A DNA stretch of 64,000 nt. It comes from Heptranchias perlo (taxonomy: Eukaryota). A program made the position numbers and the translations under genes. Position 1 is the first letter of the stretch. Every line of letters begins with the position of its first letter. Below the pieces are notes generated by a model. That model was not told where the DNA came from and made no database searches. It worked only from the letters and a program-made list of their open reading frames with translations. Positions 53,196-64,000 of the stretch are shown in pieces. Where the stretch lies: the NCBI RefSeq assembly GCF_035084215.1, contig NC_090349.1, positions 10,416,001 to 10,480,000 of the forward strand, given 5' to 3'.

Positions 53196-53749
53196 CAAAA
53201 ACAGTGGGTCACTGAGTGGTACAATATGGATGTATACCAGCGATTCTCCAAACAGCCAGCTCCCCCCACTATCATGGGGAACCAGCAAGCAAAGGCACTT
53301 CTCTATGAGGGGAGGGGGGGAAAAAAAGAGGGAAAAAAAGTTAATGGAAGTCTTATATCAAGCTATTGTCACACAGCTCTAAGTAGTTAGCACAACATGG
53401 TACTGGCAGAAACTTGGAAGCAGATCACCTTACCAACAAAGGTCTCAGACTAACAAAATACGATAGGTTAAAAACAAAGGGGAGTAAAGAAAAAGTTTTA
53501 GTAAGACTTGTGGAGTGTCAACCATTCTGAAATATTGAAACTCCTGAAACGGGCAACATCTGAAACATGTAGAGAAGAGCTTTACTCAAAATCTCATGGT
53601 AACGGAGATGAGGTGGGGTTGTCAGGGAGCAACATTGCATTCCCTTATGGAATGGGACTGGTCCCAGTGGATATTTGGAAATCACTGTGTCATGAAGTAT
53701 AAGTTTGTGTGAGTGGGCCCAGATGAATGGGAAGTCGCTGCTGCATTAC

Positions 53750-54245
53750 CTGTGCAGACCTTGTCTACTTTCAGTATCATGGCCCCACGGTCAAGAGCTT
53801 GCCGTCTGAAGACCCCACAGAACGTGCAGTTATTCTTCAAACCAACTTTCTTCACAATCTGGTCCATTGTCCAACCATACAGCTCTTCATAGGAAACGAT
53901 CTTGAGAGGGAGATTGTACTGTTGCTGGTTTCTCTTTACCGTCTCTAAGGAGTCATCACGATATCCACTGATTCCTTCATCCACGGAGAGCAGTATCAGA
54001 TTTAACCCGTAGTTATACCGCTCATTTAAGACTTTCAGAACGTGAGCCAGAACGGTTGAGTCTTTCCCACCTGAAGCACCAATTCCAACGGTCTCTCCCC
54101 TCTGGAAAAGCTTTGCACATGTGATTGTCTGATGAGCCTCCTCTTCAAATGCCCAGAAAAAGCACTCTTTGCAAAGGGAGTGGCCGGTTTTGGGCCGCCT
54201 GAGGACTGCCGCCTTCTTATCACAGCTGCTACAGGGAACAGGCAT
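53750..54245 (-). CDS. CTU1: Cytoplasmic tRNA 2-thiolation protein 1, first coding exon
   Basis: MPVPCSSC...LCKECF, PP-loop [21 protein letters not shown]. Acceptor ctctttcag upstream of the ATG (exon starts at 54257); phase-1 donor G|gtaatg joins the 50525 exon in frame to give 341 aa. Confidence 0.97.
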
Positions 54246-54671
54246 GTTGGAGCTGATCTGAAAGAGCAAATAAAATGAAATGATTGTTGGCTGCACTTCA
54301 CACATGCCCAAAACAGTTATTTCAATTAAGCCTGATCATTTGTATAAATTTACAGTAAAATGGAGCTGGATTACATAGTACATCCCTCACACCATATCCT
54401 TTTCGTTACTAAAAGCATCCCTTCCCCCACAGCAACCCAAGAATTTATTTTAGCACACCCTGAGTAGCAGGGATGTCATAAATCTAGATTGTGATGTTCC
54501 ATCATTCCCTAAACCTCAGATTGGGGAGGAGCACGAGAAACTGAGCAAAATAATCTATCCATTCCTAAATAATGATCTTGATCCATAGGGCTCAAGAGCA
54601 CAAGGAGGTTTCCTCTCCATCACTTAGGGCCAGGACTTCATTTTACTTTCAGTTATTTGACTTGGTTTAAG

Positions 54672-54835
54672 AGGGACCTCAATTTAACCTTTCGCCTGAA
54701 GGACAGCATCTCAGATAATGCAGCACTTCATCGGTACTGCACTGAAGTGTCAGCCTAGATTATGTGCTCAAGTCCTAGAGAGGGCTTCAACCCACAACTT
54801 TCTGACTCAGGTGCAAGAGTGCTATGACCGAGCCA
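54672..54835 (-). mobile_element. Deu-type SINE 5' fragment
   Basis: Reverse complement of the SINE head (ttctgactcag...agagtgct...gagccaa). Confidence 0.65.
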
Positions 54836-56317
54836 AGCAAACACACTAACTCTAGAAGAATTACAGTGAGGTAGACAATGTAGTGCTAAAACGTTATATA
54901 TGATTTTCAGCACAATTTGCGGTATTTCTTCCATGCTAGTACAATCTTAAGTTGAACTCTTCACACTGAGATGAAGGCCGGAAGTCAGCAAAACTGAAAT
55001 TTGGGATAGTTTTAAAGATAACATGGAGATGCAATCAGTTGGAATCTATTGATTAAAGAGACACTAATGGAAATAGGAGTGTGTCCAGAATCTGGAAGAA
55101 TGATTTAATAAGCCACATCCCAAAGGCACTTAACATACAAGTGTTACTCAATGAAATTGCTGGAGCCTGTCATATCCATGAGCATCTGCCTTGGACAAAG
55201 TTTTGTCAGCCCAAAAATTTATAGGATGTTTCTAGGTCTAAAAGAAATGTAATTAGTGGCCTGTTAACCTGGAGAAACAAAGAAGCCATCTTGCATCTAA
55301 CCAAACAAGCAACTCCAGCAAGTCCTTGAAGTAAATTTTGGACAGTTAAACTTATTGAACAGTTTGTGTAAGCTTAGTTAAAATTCTGGTCTTGAAAAAT
55401 GATTAACAAGATCTTTCATCTTTGGGTATAATTCATCAAGAATCAGACTTACAGAAGACAGGCCAAGGAAGATTTGTTGATCAGGTCTCCAATTGGACAG
55501 TCAGTTATTGGCACCAATCCCTATTCGTGTGCTGACCCGGTTTGATTTTGAGAGAGTCTGCTTCATAACGTGGGCCTGGTTTTGGGAGTTTGTCCCTACG
55601 GGAAAAAAAGTGTGTTGGGCATTCACCGAGGGAAGGGAGGAAAATAAACAGAAAAGAGCAGCTCACAAGGGGTGCAAGTGATTTATTTCAAGGGATGCAA
55701 GTGGCCACATACGGGGACAAAAATCTTGGTAGCCTTTACAAAGGTTACTGTTTGAGTAACAAAAAGCTGGCAAAACAAAGTGGATGACACAATAAATGTG
55801 GAGGCAGGAAACTGTCTTTGGGCTAGGGTCATAGTGCACAACACTGCAACCCCATGTCAGACAGCTGGCGATGTGTAAGTGGTGCTGCAAGAGGGAATAA
55901 CAAGGAAATTGCCACTCCAGGGCACCATCCCCATAGAATAACACTGCAAGATACCTGGAGAGGTGCAGGCAGAGAACTTGAGTGCTCACCATTGTTGCCA
56001 ATGGCAGTGCTTGCCCTATGATGCATCTTAGATGCAGGTGCCCTTACAGATGGTGCAGCTCAGTTACTGCTTCCCCAGTGATTTATAGCATCTGCAGGCA
56101 GAGATTCCCTGGCAATTCCAGGTAAGCGTGCCTTTGTCTGTAAATGCAGGAACCATCAGATGGGTGAACTCTACCTCTGGGGCAGACTGGCCTGGCTGGC
56201 ATCCCTCTGTTACTCCTCCTCTTCTTCCAATAAACATAAGCAAAAAGGGTTTCCCATGGGCCAATACTATGGACATTCAAAAAAGATTGTCACAAAGCTG
56301 CCTGAGCAACTAGACGA

Positions 56318-56660
56318 CCTTGCATTTCTATAGCGTCTTTCCTGACCACAGGGTGACCCAAAGCACTTTACAGCCAATTAAGTACTTTTGAAATGCTGGT
56401 GGAGGGATAAATATTGGCCAGGACACCGGGAGAAATCCTCTGCTCTTCTTCGAAAAGTGCCGTTGGATCTTCTGCGTCCACCCAAGAGGACAGACGGTTT
56501 AACGTCTCATCTGAAAGATGGAACCTCCAATAGTGCAGCTCTCCCTCAGCACTGCACTGAAATGTTAGACTAGGTTATGTGCTCAAATCACTGGAGTAGG
56601 ACTTGAACCCATGACCTTCTGACATGGGAGAGAGTGCTACCTCTGAGCCACGACTGACAC
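56318..56660 (-). mobile_element. Deu-type SINE with internal deletion
   Basis: ttgcatttctatagcg tail through cttgaaccc...gagagtgctac head. Confidence 0.7.
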
Positions 56661-57654
56661 AAGTAAGTGCTGAGAGGGTAAAAAAGGAAAAACAGCAACG
56701 AATGTTTTTATAAGCCTCTTTAAAAGCACTTCCGCACATAACACAACCCTAATACACATTTTATATGGGTGGTTTTATGACACAGCGCTATTACGATGGA
56801 AAGCTAAATAATGACATCAGGGCTTCATTCAAATATTGCAACTAGAAAACTGGTAGTTGCTACTGGCGTCACTTGAAAACCCGCTGGAAAATTAAGGTCT
56901 TCAACAGATCAAGATGATAGCCATATTTTCTGCTCAAGCTAGGATGGCTCCTTGGGCTGAATCAAGTAGACTTATGCTCCACCCAAATGTGAGTGGATAT
57001 ATTATAATGGTATCCAAATAATGGAGGTGTCACCTGATGTATTTTACATCCGTTGCACCATAGCAATGATGAATGGAAGAAATATCAGTTTGTCCCTGGC
57101 TATGCACAGTGGACGGCAGTAATTAAATTTAAAAGGTCCAAAAAAACATGCAACCAGGACAATTGATCGCATACGCTAAGGTGTCTTTTTTGACATTTTG
57201 AATTTTTTTTTATTATTGTCAGGCGCTCAAAACCTGTTGCATCATTCCCCGCATTCTCTTCCCGGTGGATTCTTTGGCTGAGGCCAGGAAGTCGAACTAA
57301 ACATGCAAAGTGGCTGGATGCTGGGGGGGAATGGGGAAGATCAGCTTGAGTTAAGGGCACATCCTGTGCCAGTGAAGATGTGCCAGAATTATGCAACATT
57401 GGAAAATCCAGGCCCACGTGTTCCTAATTTAAAACCAATATAAGCAGCTCAGAGCAAAACTAACATTGCTTCCTACCACTTCCAATAAAAAAAGCACAGC
57501 ACATAGTTTAATCCTTGATCTAAACTTTGAACTATTTGTAAGTTGAGGGCAGCTAATGCTGTACTGCTATTACAAGGGGGAAACAAGGTTATTGTTTCGT
57601 GTGCAATCATTGCTTTGATAATTACATTATCTTTGCATGCGACTTACTAGTAAA

Positions 57655-58150
57655 GGGAAGATTGTCCAATATCAGTGTACCCGGAAATGTGCAGGCACAT
57701 TCCACATTACAGATACAAAGAGGGGACTACCCAGTATTTTCCAAGGGCCCCCTCATTTAAACAATTATTCAGTGTTCCCAGCGCGGATTGTGCCCTGCAC
57801 TGGGTGTGCACGGGCAAGGAAAATCTGAAGGAGCAGTTCAAAATGGCAGCTGCACTTCCCTTGTGCAGCACCTCATTATTTTAGCCTTATTATTGCTGAG
57901 CTGCTGAAGGTGTCAGAGGAGTCCGCCACATCCCAGGGAAGAGGGAACACTGCGCCCTTTTTAGATGAAGTCCTAGAAGTTATGCTGTAGAAACTAAGGA
58001 AAGGGAAGTTTGTTATTTTAAGTATGGAGGGGCACCTTCCTCAGAAGGCAGTTGCTGGGCTGATGGCAGAGGTCAATGCAGTGCCACAGGTCAACATCCC
58101 AGATGCAGAAGAAATTTAACACCTTCAAGAAATTTGCCATGGTAAATATG
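57655..58150 (+). mobile_element. Highly decayed Harbinger SANT relic
   Basis: Residual peptides FLDEVLEVML, AEVNAV and QKKFN followed by a gt donor, as in the other SANT exons. Confidence 0.4.
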
Positions 58151-59699
58151 TTAAGTTTACTCTTTCCACTGCTCTTGTATGACATGGCAGTAACACCCAC
58201 TTTCAGCAGCTGCATCTTTACATGGGAGGCTTGGTGATTTTTTGGGATCCTTTGGCTATGTAACATTGTCACAAGGCAACCAATCTTCATGCTACGCACA
58301 CCTTTCAAACTCCAAAGAAACTTTTCAACAATAATGGGTGAGGCCACAGAGGTCTCCAACACTCACTTGTACACTGCATGTTCTGGTTTTGGAAAGCAGA
58401 GGCCAACTGCATAGCAATGGCAGGTCTCATGACATGTCAGTACTTCTCAAACCTCTTCAGAATTTCAGGAAAAAGCATACAGCAGGAAGGGAAGGAAAGG
58501 AATAAAAACTGGTAAACACACACCTAACATGCAACCCTGAACTTTTAGGAGGGGTTAAACCTGAAAACTGTGGCGCCACTTTGGTCAGCCTACTGCAAAT
58601 GCCAAACCTGCATCTCCAGGCTAGTACCCATTAGTGCAACTTTTTCTTCCCTCAAATGAAGTTGTCACAGACTCAGGCTTTGTCATAGGGAATTTAGCAG
58701 TAATCACAACATCATAGCACGCCGTGTTTTGACTAGTGAAATGTGTTACAAGGAGTAACTTGCAAATTGCAATAATGCATCTTTCCATTGTATTTCTATC
58801 GGTATAGCTAAGGAGCAGCTTGCGGTGCCTCAAGACTGAATGGTGAACTAGTTTAGAACCATCGTCCCTTTTTGTCATTTAATCACTCCTGCCCTCCACC
58901 TCATTTGCATCAATCTTGTGATGGTTGCTTAAAGGCACTATATAAATGCAAGTTGTTGTTGTAATACAGGATGACATTAGGAAGATGAAGGCAGAGTGGG
59001 CTAATTACTTCCCACTATAACAAGGTGAATATTCCCATATGCCAAAACTGCAAGTATTTCTACTTAAACTATTTGTAACTAATTTAGTTACAAGCATAGC
59101 AAATCAGGCAGGATATCTAGTGATGACAGCATCACTCTGGGCTATGAAAAAACACAAGCGTACACTGGTATCTCAGGCCATACCAATATTAGTCCATGAA
59201 TAAACTAAGTTATGATCATTGCCACAAGAGGATACAGATCAACGGCTACAGCACCTGGATGTCATGTAATCTATAAGATTATAGGATAGTAACTGACAGG
59301 CAAAATATGTAAAAACATTTGAAGTACACAATGATGCACTGATGGTACCCTACTTCTGTTGATATTATGCAGTTTGTTTGTACGGCAAACTTAGTGACCC
59401 TGCAAAGTTCCAGTATAACTCTGGAGCTGACCTTATTCCAGAAACTCGAGGAGTCAGATTCAAACCGCTTGGGTTCGACACTACAGGGTAGTGTTTCAAC
59501 TTCACTGCCTGGGCAGTAATCTAGTGGGGAAGATTGAATGTCCTCTATAGGATCCACCTGATTTTCATTAACTTGAAATGAATAGAATCCAAATCAGACA
59601 AGTTCTGTAAAAAGGCAGACAATCCACTGCATTAGGTTATCACGCAGGCAGCGCGAGTAAATCTTCATCATTGTTACAAAGCTTCATGCTGGGAATGTA

Positions 59700-59930
59700 T
59701 ACTGTCTCATCTGAAAGATACCACCTCCGACAATGCAGAACTCCCTCAGTACAACAACTTGCATTTACATACTGCCTTTAACCTAGTAAAACATCACAAG
59801 GTGCTCCACAGAAGTGTTAACAGTACTGCTTTAAAACATTAGCCTAGTTTGTGTGCCAAGTCTGCAGTAAGGCTTAAAGCCACAATTTTCTGACTCGGGG
59901 ACAGAGTTACCAATGGAGCCAAGCTGACGC
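59700..59930 (-). mobile_element. Deu-type SINE fragments
   Basis: gtctcatctgaaaga...cacctccgacaatgcag...ctccctcagtac. Confidence 0.55.
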
Positions 59931-60109
59931 TTTAAGACTTAGGAATCTTAGCAGAATTGAATAATCAACACATCTAACCAGTGCAGAGCAGCAATCAATA
60001 AAGCTTGTAGTGTAGGCTTCAGGATTACTAGTCCAATAACTACACTCATCACGTTTTTTTAATCCTCGGTATTGTTTTTTTCCTCAACTTTAACCAGTTA
60101 GCTTAACGT

Positions 60110-60600
60110 CAGTGGTAGCAAAGATGCTAGAATCTTTGCTAAAGGATCAGATTACAAAGCATGTACAGGGGGAGATTGTAATAAAAAAGTCAGCATGGAT
60201 TTCAAATAGGAAGATTATATTTTACCAGCCTTCTGAATTATGTTATTTCTTCAAAGAGTAGACAAGGGCAAGGCAGTGGATGTGGTATATATGGAATTTC
60301 AGAAAGCCTTCAATAAGGTGTCACATAAGAGACGTGCGACAAAGGTCTGGGCCAGGTAGCAGAATGGATTGAAAGATAGTTACAAAATAGAAAACAGGGG
60401 GTAGGAGTTAAAGCAAGTTTCCCAGACCCACAAAAAGTGCGAAGTGATGTCTCGCAGGGATCCGTGCTGAGAATAGAATAGAATAGATGGATGGATGGAT
60501 ATGGGGGCAAAGTGGGAAGAGGTAATTAAAGGAGGCTCGTGTGGAGATCAAACACCGGCATTGACCAGATGGGACCAATGAACTGTTTCTATGCTGTAAA
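60110..60600 (+). mobile_element. Decayed CR1 fragments
   Basis: cagcatggatttc...ggatgtggtatatatggaatttcagaaagcc (QHGF / DFQKAF-like) plus a 3'UTR piece. Confidence 0.65.
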
Positions 60601-60739
60601 TTCTAGTAATATCTGTAAATACCAAAACTACTTAGTGGAGACAAGGCTGTCAATATATAGGGCAAGAGGAGAGTTCAAAGAGTTATCAGACAACAGAGGC
60701 CTCACACCCTAAGCGGCTCCATCTACACTTCTCTCTCAC

Positions 60740-61280
60740 ACACACCGTGTAACCAGGCCCGCTTCGCCACAGCTCCCACCACCAGGCAGGATCTGTCGCT
60801 TCTTCTTGGGAGCGGCCTCCAAACCCAGGAGCCCCACCACGCGCGAGTCCCAGGGCCCATTCCCCAGAGGAAGGCAGGCCTGCACAGCGCGTCAGTCAGA
60901 AATGTCAATCTTATCCGCCAGTTGGCGGCCTTACGCCGCCCGCCATACCTCAAATATCCCGGATCGCCACCGACTCCTCCGCGGCCAGGGCCAGGAGGCG
61001 GGGCTCCGTCTGGAACCGCTCTTCCTTTCTATTGGTCAGTGAGACGGCGCGGGCGCTTTATTAGATCACGTGATCCTGGCGATTTGACCAATGGTAGCAG
61101 CTCCAGGCTTCGCTCGAGCGCTCGGTGTTGCGGTGCATGGTGGGAGTTGTAGTGTTTCCATAGCAGCGCCGTCCGGCTGTCAAAGGTAGAACTTGGCTTC
61201 CAGGCCTCGCCGAGCTGGATAAGGTAAGTTGCAGGAGTGGGTGGGGATCTTTTGCCATTGGAAAGTGTGCGGGGCCTTCG
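60740..61280. promoter_or_regulatory. Bidirectional CpG-island promoter for CTU1 (-) and SIRT4 (+)
   Basis: CpG-rich. Divergent CCAAT boxes (61031-61035, 61088-61092), E-box palindrome GATCACGTGATC (61064-61075), ACTACAACTCCCA motif on the minus strand (61141-61153). Outward-facing donors at 60949 (-, GAG|gtatgg) and 61223 (+, AAG|gtaagt). Confidence 0.82.
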
Positions 61281-61355
61281 GAGTCTGGCAGTCTGGAGAG
61301 GAACTGACAGCTAATCTGACCTTGGGGCTGTTGCTGCAACAACAACATGCTGGCA

Positions 61356-61660
61356 AGTCTAGAACTAGGGGGCATAGTCTCAGGATAAGGGGGTCGGCCA
61401 TTTAGGACTGCGGTGAGGAAGAATTTCTTCACTCAAAAGGTTGTGAATCTTTGGAATTCTCTACCCCAGAGGGCTGTGGATGCTCAGTCGTTGAGTATAT
61501 TCCAGGCTGAGACCGACAGATTTTTGGACACTAAAGGAATCAGGGGATATGGAGATAGGGTGGGAAAGTGGAGTTGATGTCAAAGATCAGCCATGATTTT
61601 ATTGAATGGCTGAGCAGGCTGGAGGGGCCCTATGGCCTACTCCTGCTCCTAATGTTCTTA
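61356..61660 (+). mobile_element. CR1 3' end fragment
   Basis: tctagaactagggggcatagtctcaggataagggg...ggcctactcctgctcctaatgttctta. Confidence 0.8.
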
Positions 61661-61996
61661 AACAGAAAGAGCGACTTCGGGAGTACTGGGGAGAGTCAGA
61701 GCCAGTGAAGATCGCTCATTTCCCTGGCCACTTGTTTACTGTTTTCATGGAGAATGGCGAGTAGGGGGAATGCGATCCCCAGAACACCAGTAAAAATTCC
61801 ATGTAATCTCAGTCAGGGTAAGGGAGGAACAGGTGACTTTGGACCTATGGCTCCCAAAACTCTGCACCACTAGAATTGTCCTCAAGTCATGTCTGGGACT
61901 GTTGTAGACTAATTGATAGAGATTGATCGCTGCGATTAGTCAGCAACTCCATTTCGCATCACGCAAACCAGATGCACCTTGGTCTTTTTTTGTCTA

Positions 61997-62098
61997 TTGT
62001 AAACAATTTCACAACACCAAGTTATAGTCCAGCAATTTTATTTTAATTTCACAAGCTTTTGGAGGCTTCCTCCTTCCTCAGGTGAATTTTGTGGAAAA
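61997..62098 (-). mobile_element. Second Penelope-like hammerhead insert, 12-bp TSD; ribozyme motif at 62048-62086 with GAAA changed to AAAA
   Basis: TSD tttttttgtcta at 61985-61996 and 62099-62110. Minus strand reads ttcac-CTGAGGA-a-ggagg-aag-cctcc-AAAA-gctt-gtgaa. Confidence 0.75.
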
Positions 62099-63011
62099 TT
62101 TTTTTGTCTAGCAATTCCTATGTTCCTAAACCAGTGAACCTGCTTGTTTCGGTTTTAAAATGTGCTCTAGTCTGATGCAAGAGAAACAGGAACGGTGTTT
62201 GTCTTGTGGAGGCCCCCATGCACAGGTTGGGTTTGGGGCCCCTACATTTTACTAATCAGCGACACTAAATACCTACTTAATCTGGTGTCAAACCTGCACA
62301 TGTACAATCGTGAAAAGGCGTGCTTTTAAAAGGTAATATAAAAATAGTTGACAAAATGATCAGGGATCAGCTATTACCATTGTGGCATTGTCCTTTTACT
62401 CGATCTGCTTGAATCCCTAACAGGCTCGTGACCCCGTATAATGGCACAGTTTACACGGTCCCAACTCTTCAATAAAGGACACTGGATTTGCAAACTGTCA
62501 CTTCAGTTTATTACAAGTGTTGACAACCCTTTTGGGATTACCCAGGTTTGTCAGATCCAAGAATACTCATCACATAAATGTGGAGGAGCTCTCCAATGTT
62601 ACAGTGGGTAAAGACTCCAATATCTTGCTAAATCAGAGGATTAAACCATGGACTTTCCTGGCATGTATATATCACGCTGGTGCTGTATTTACCAAAACAT
62701 ACTTTTTCATTGTGTATGTCTAGTGTATAAACTAATCTTCATTCTCCTAGATCACAAGCAGTCAAAGCATCTGTGATTTCTGAATTTTACTATTAAATGG
62801 ACAAGACAGTACAAGAAGATCTTGCGCCTATAGTTGTGCAGATCACTCACTGCAGAGAACAGCCGACCATCAAGACTACATACAGGCGCTCTTTGCTGTT
62901 TCTGTTTGTACAGGAGCTGTTTCTAAGCACCATATGTGTTTTCCCAGAAATTTGGTTTCTACTCATGGTTATAGGCACTATTACTTGAGTATTGATTATG
63001 TTTATTCCTAG

Positions 63012-63806
63012 ATGCAGTTGCTGCCTGTATTTGCGGTTGCTGAGAAATACCTGTTTTTGAAGCGAACCTACAAGAACTACAGTTCAATCGCTGCATGCAA
63101 TTTGGCGTTTGTTCCTTCTAGCCCTCCTTTGGACTCTATCGAGTTGGAGGAACTTCAAGAGTTTGTGTTTCAGTCCAAGAAGCTGTTTGTGCTGACCGGA
63201 GCAGGGGTGTCGACAGAGTCTGGTATTCCCGATTATCGCTCTGAGGGTGTGGGGCTCTACGCTAGGACAGCAAGGCGTCCCATTCAGCACTCTGAGTTTG
63301 TCCATAGTGCCAAGGGCAGGCAGAGGTACTGGGCACGGAATTATGTTGGATGGCCACAGTTTTGTTCTCGCCAGCCAAATGTGGCGCACAATGTTTTGAG
63401 TAAATGGGAGAATCTGGGAAAGCTCCATTGGCTGGTAACTCAGAATGTGGATGATTTGCACACAAAGGCAGGAAGCCAGCGCCTGACAGAGCTTCACGGC
63501 TGTTCTCACAGGGTGATCTGTCTTGGCTGTGGAGACATGACGTTTAGGACTCATCTTCAAGAAAAATTTGCAGCTCTGAATCCTGGCTGGACTGTAGAAG
63601 CACACGGAATAGCTCCAGATGGAGACGTTTTCCTGACCGACAAACAAGTTGAGAATTTTCGCGTTCCCTCATGTGAGAGGTGTGGTGGCATCCTGAAACC
63701 TGATGTCACCTTTTTTGGAGACACTGTGAACAAAGAGAAAGTGAATTTTGTCTATGAGCGCATGGCTGAGTCTGATGCAGTTCTGGTGGCAGGCTCTTCT
63801 CTGCAG
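63012..63806 (+). CDS. SIRT4: NAD-dependent sirtuin-4 (mitochondrial), first coding exon; gene continues beyond the window
   Basis: [75 protein letters not shown]; acceptor ttcctag|ATG and donor CAG|gtgagt. Confidence 0.97.
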
Positions 63807-64000
63807 GTGAGTGGCTGACATTACCAAACACCTTTAAGGTAGGGCTGTCTAACCTGTGGCCCCTGAGCCCTGACTGTCCAGCCTGGAAGCCAAGGTGGCT
63901 CAGTTGCATTTATGTTTATATTTCTAGGTTTGTCCTGTTTGAATTTAATGGGCCTGGAGGTTTATAAAGGGCTGCTCTTTGACTCATTGGTGAATATATC

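Overview
Eukaryotic vertebrate DNA, most likely a cartilaginous fish (shark), judged from its CR1/L2 LINE, Deu-type SINE and Harbinger repeat content. Three host genes are visible. (1) The 13-nt first coding exon of a paxillin-family gene (MDDL, minus strand, ~8.2 kb, in a CpG island). (2) A complete two-coding-exon CTU1 (minus strand, 341 aa). (3) The large first coding exon of SIRT4 (plus strand), head-to-head with CTU1 at a compact bidirectional CpG-island promoter (~61 kb). The ~41 kb between paxillin and CTU1 is mostly nested mobile DNA: CR1/L2-group LINEs, SINEs, a two-gene PIF/Harbinger transposon, a SANT-only non-autonomous Harbinger and Harbinger-type MITEs. Two unexplained items stand out. 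One is a 993-bp CpG-rich cassette with CACTCTTG inverted termini and an orphan 217-aa ORF, inserted into a CR1 (16233-17225). The other is a pair of tiny TSD-flanked retro-inserts consisting largely of a minimal hammerhead ribozyme motif (46575-46734, 61997-62098). All calls were made by eye; no database searches were run, and most repeat boundaries are approximate.
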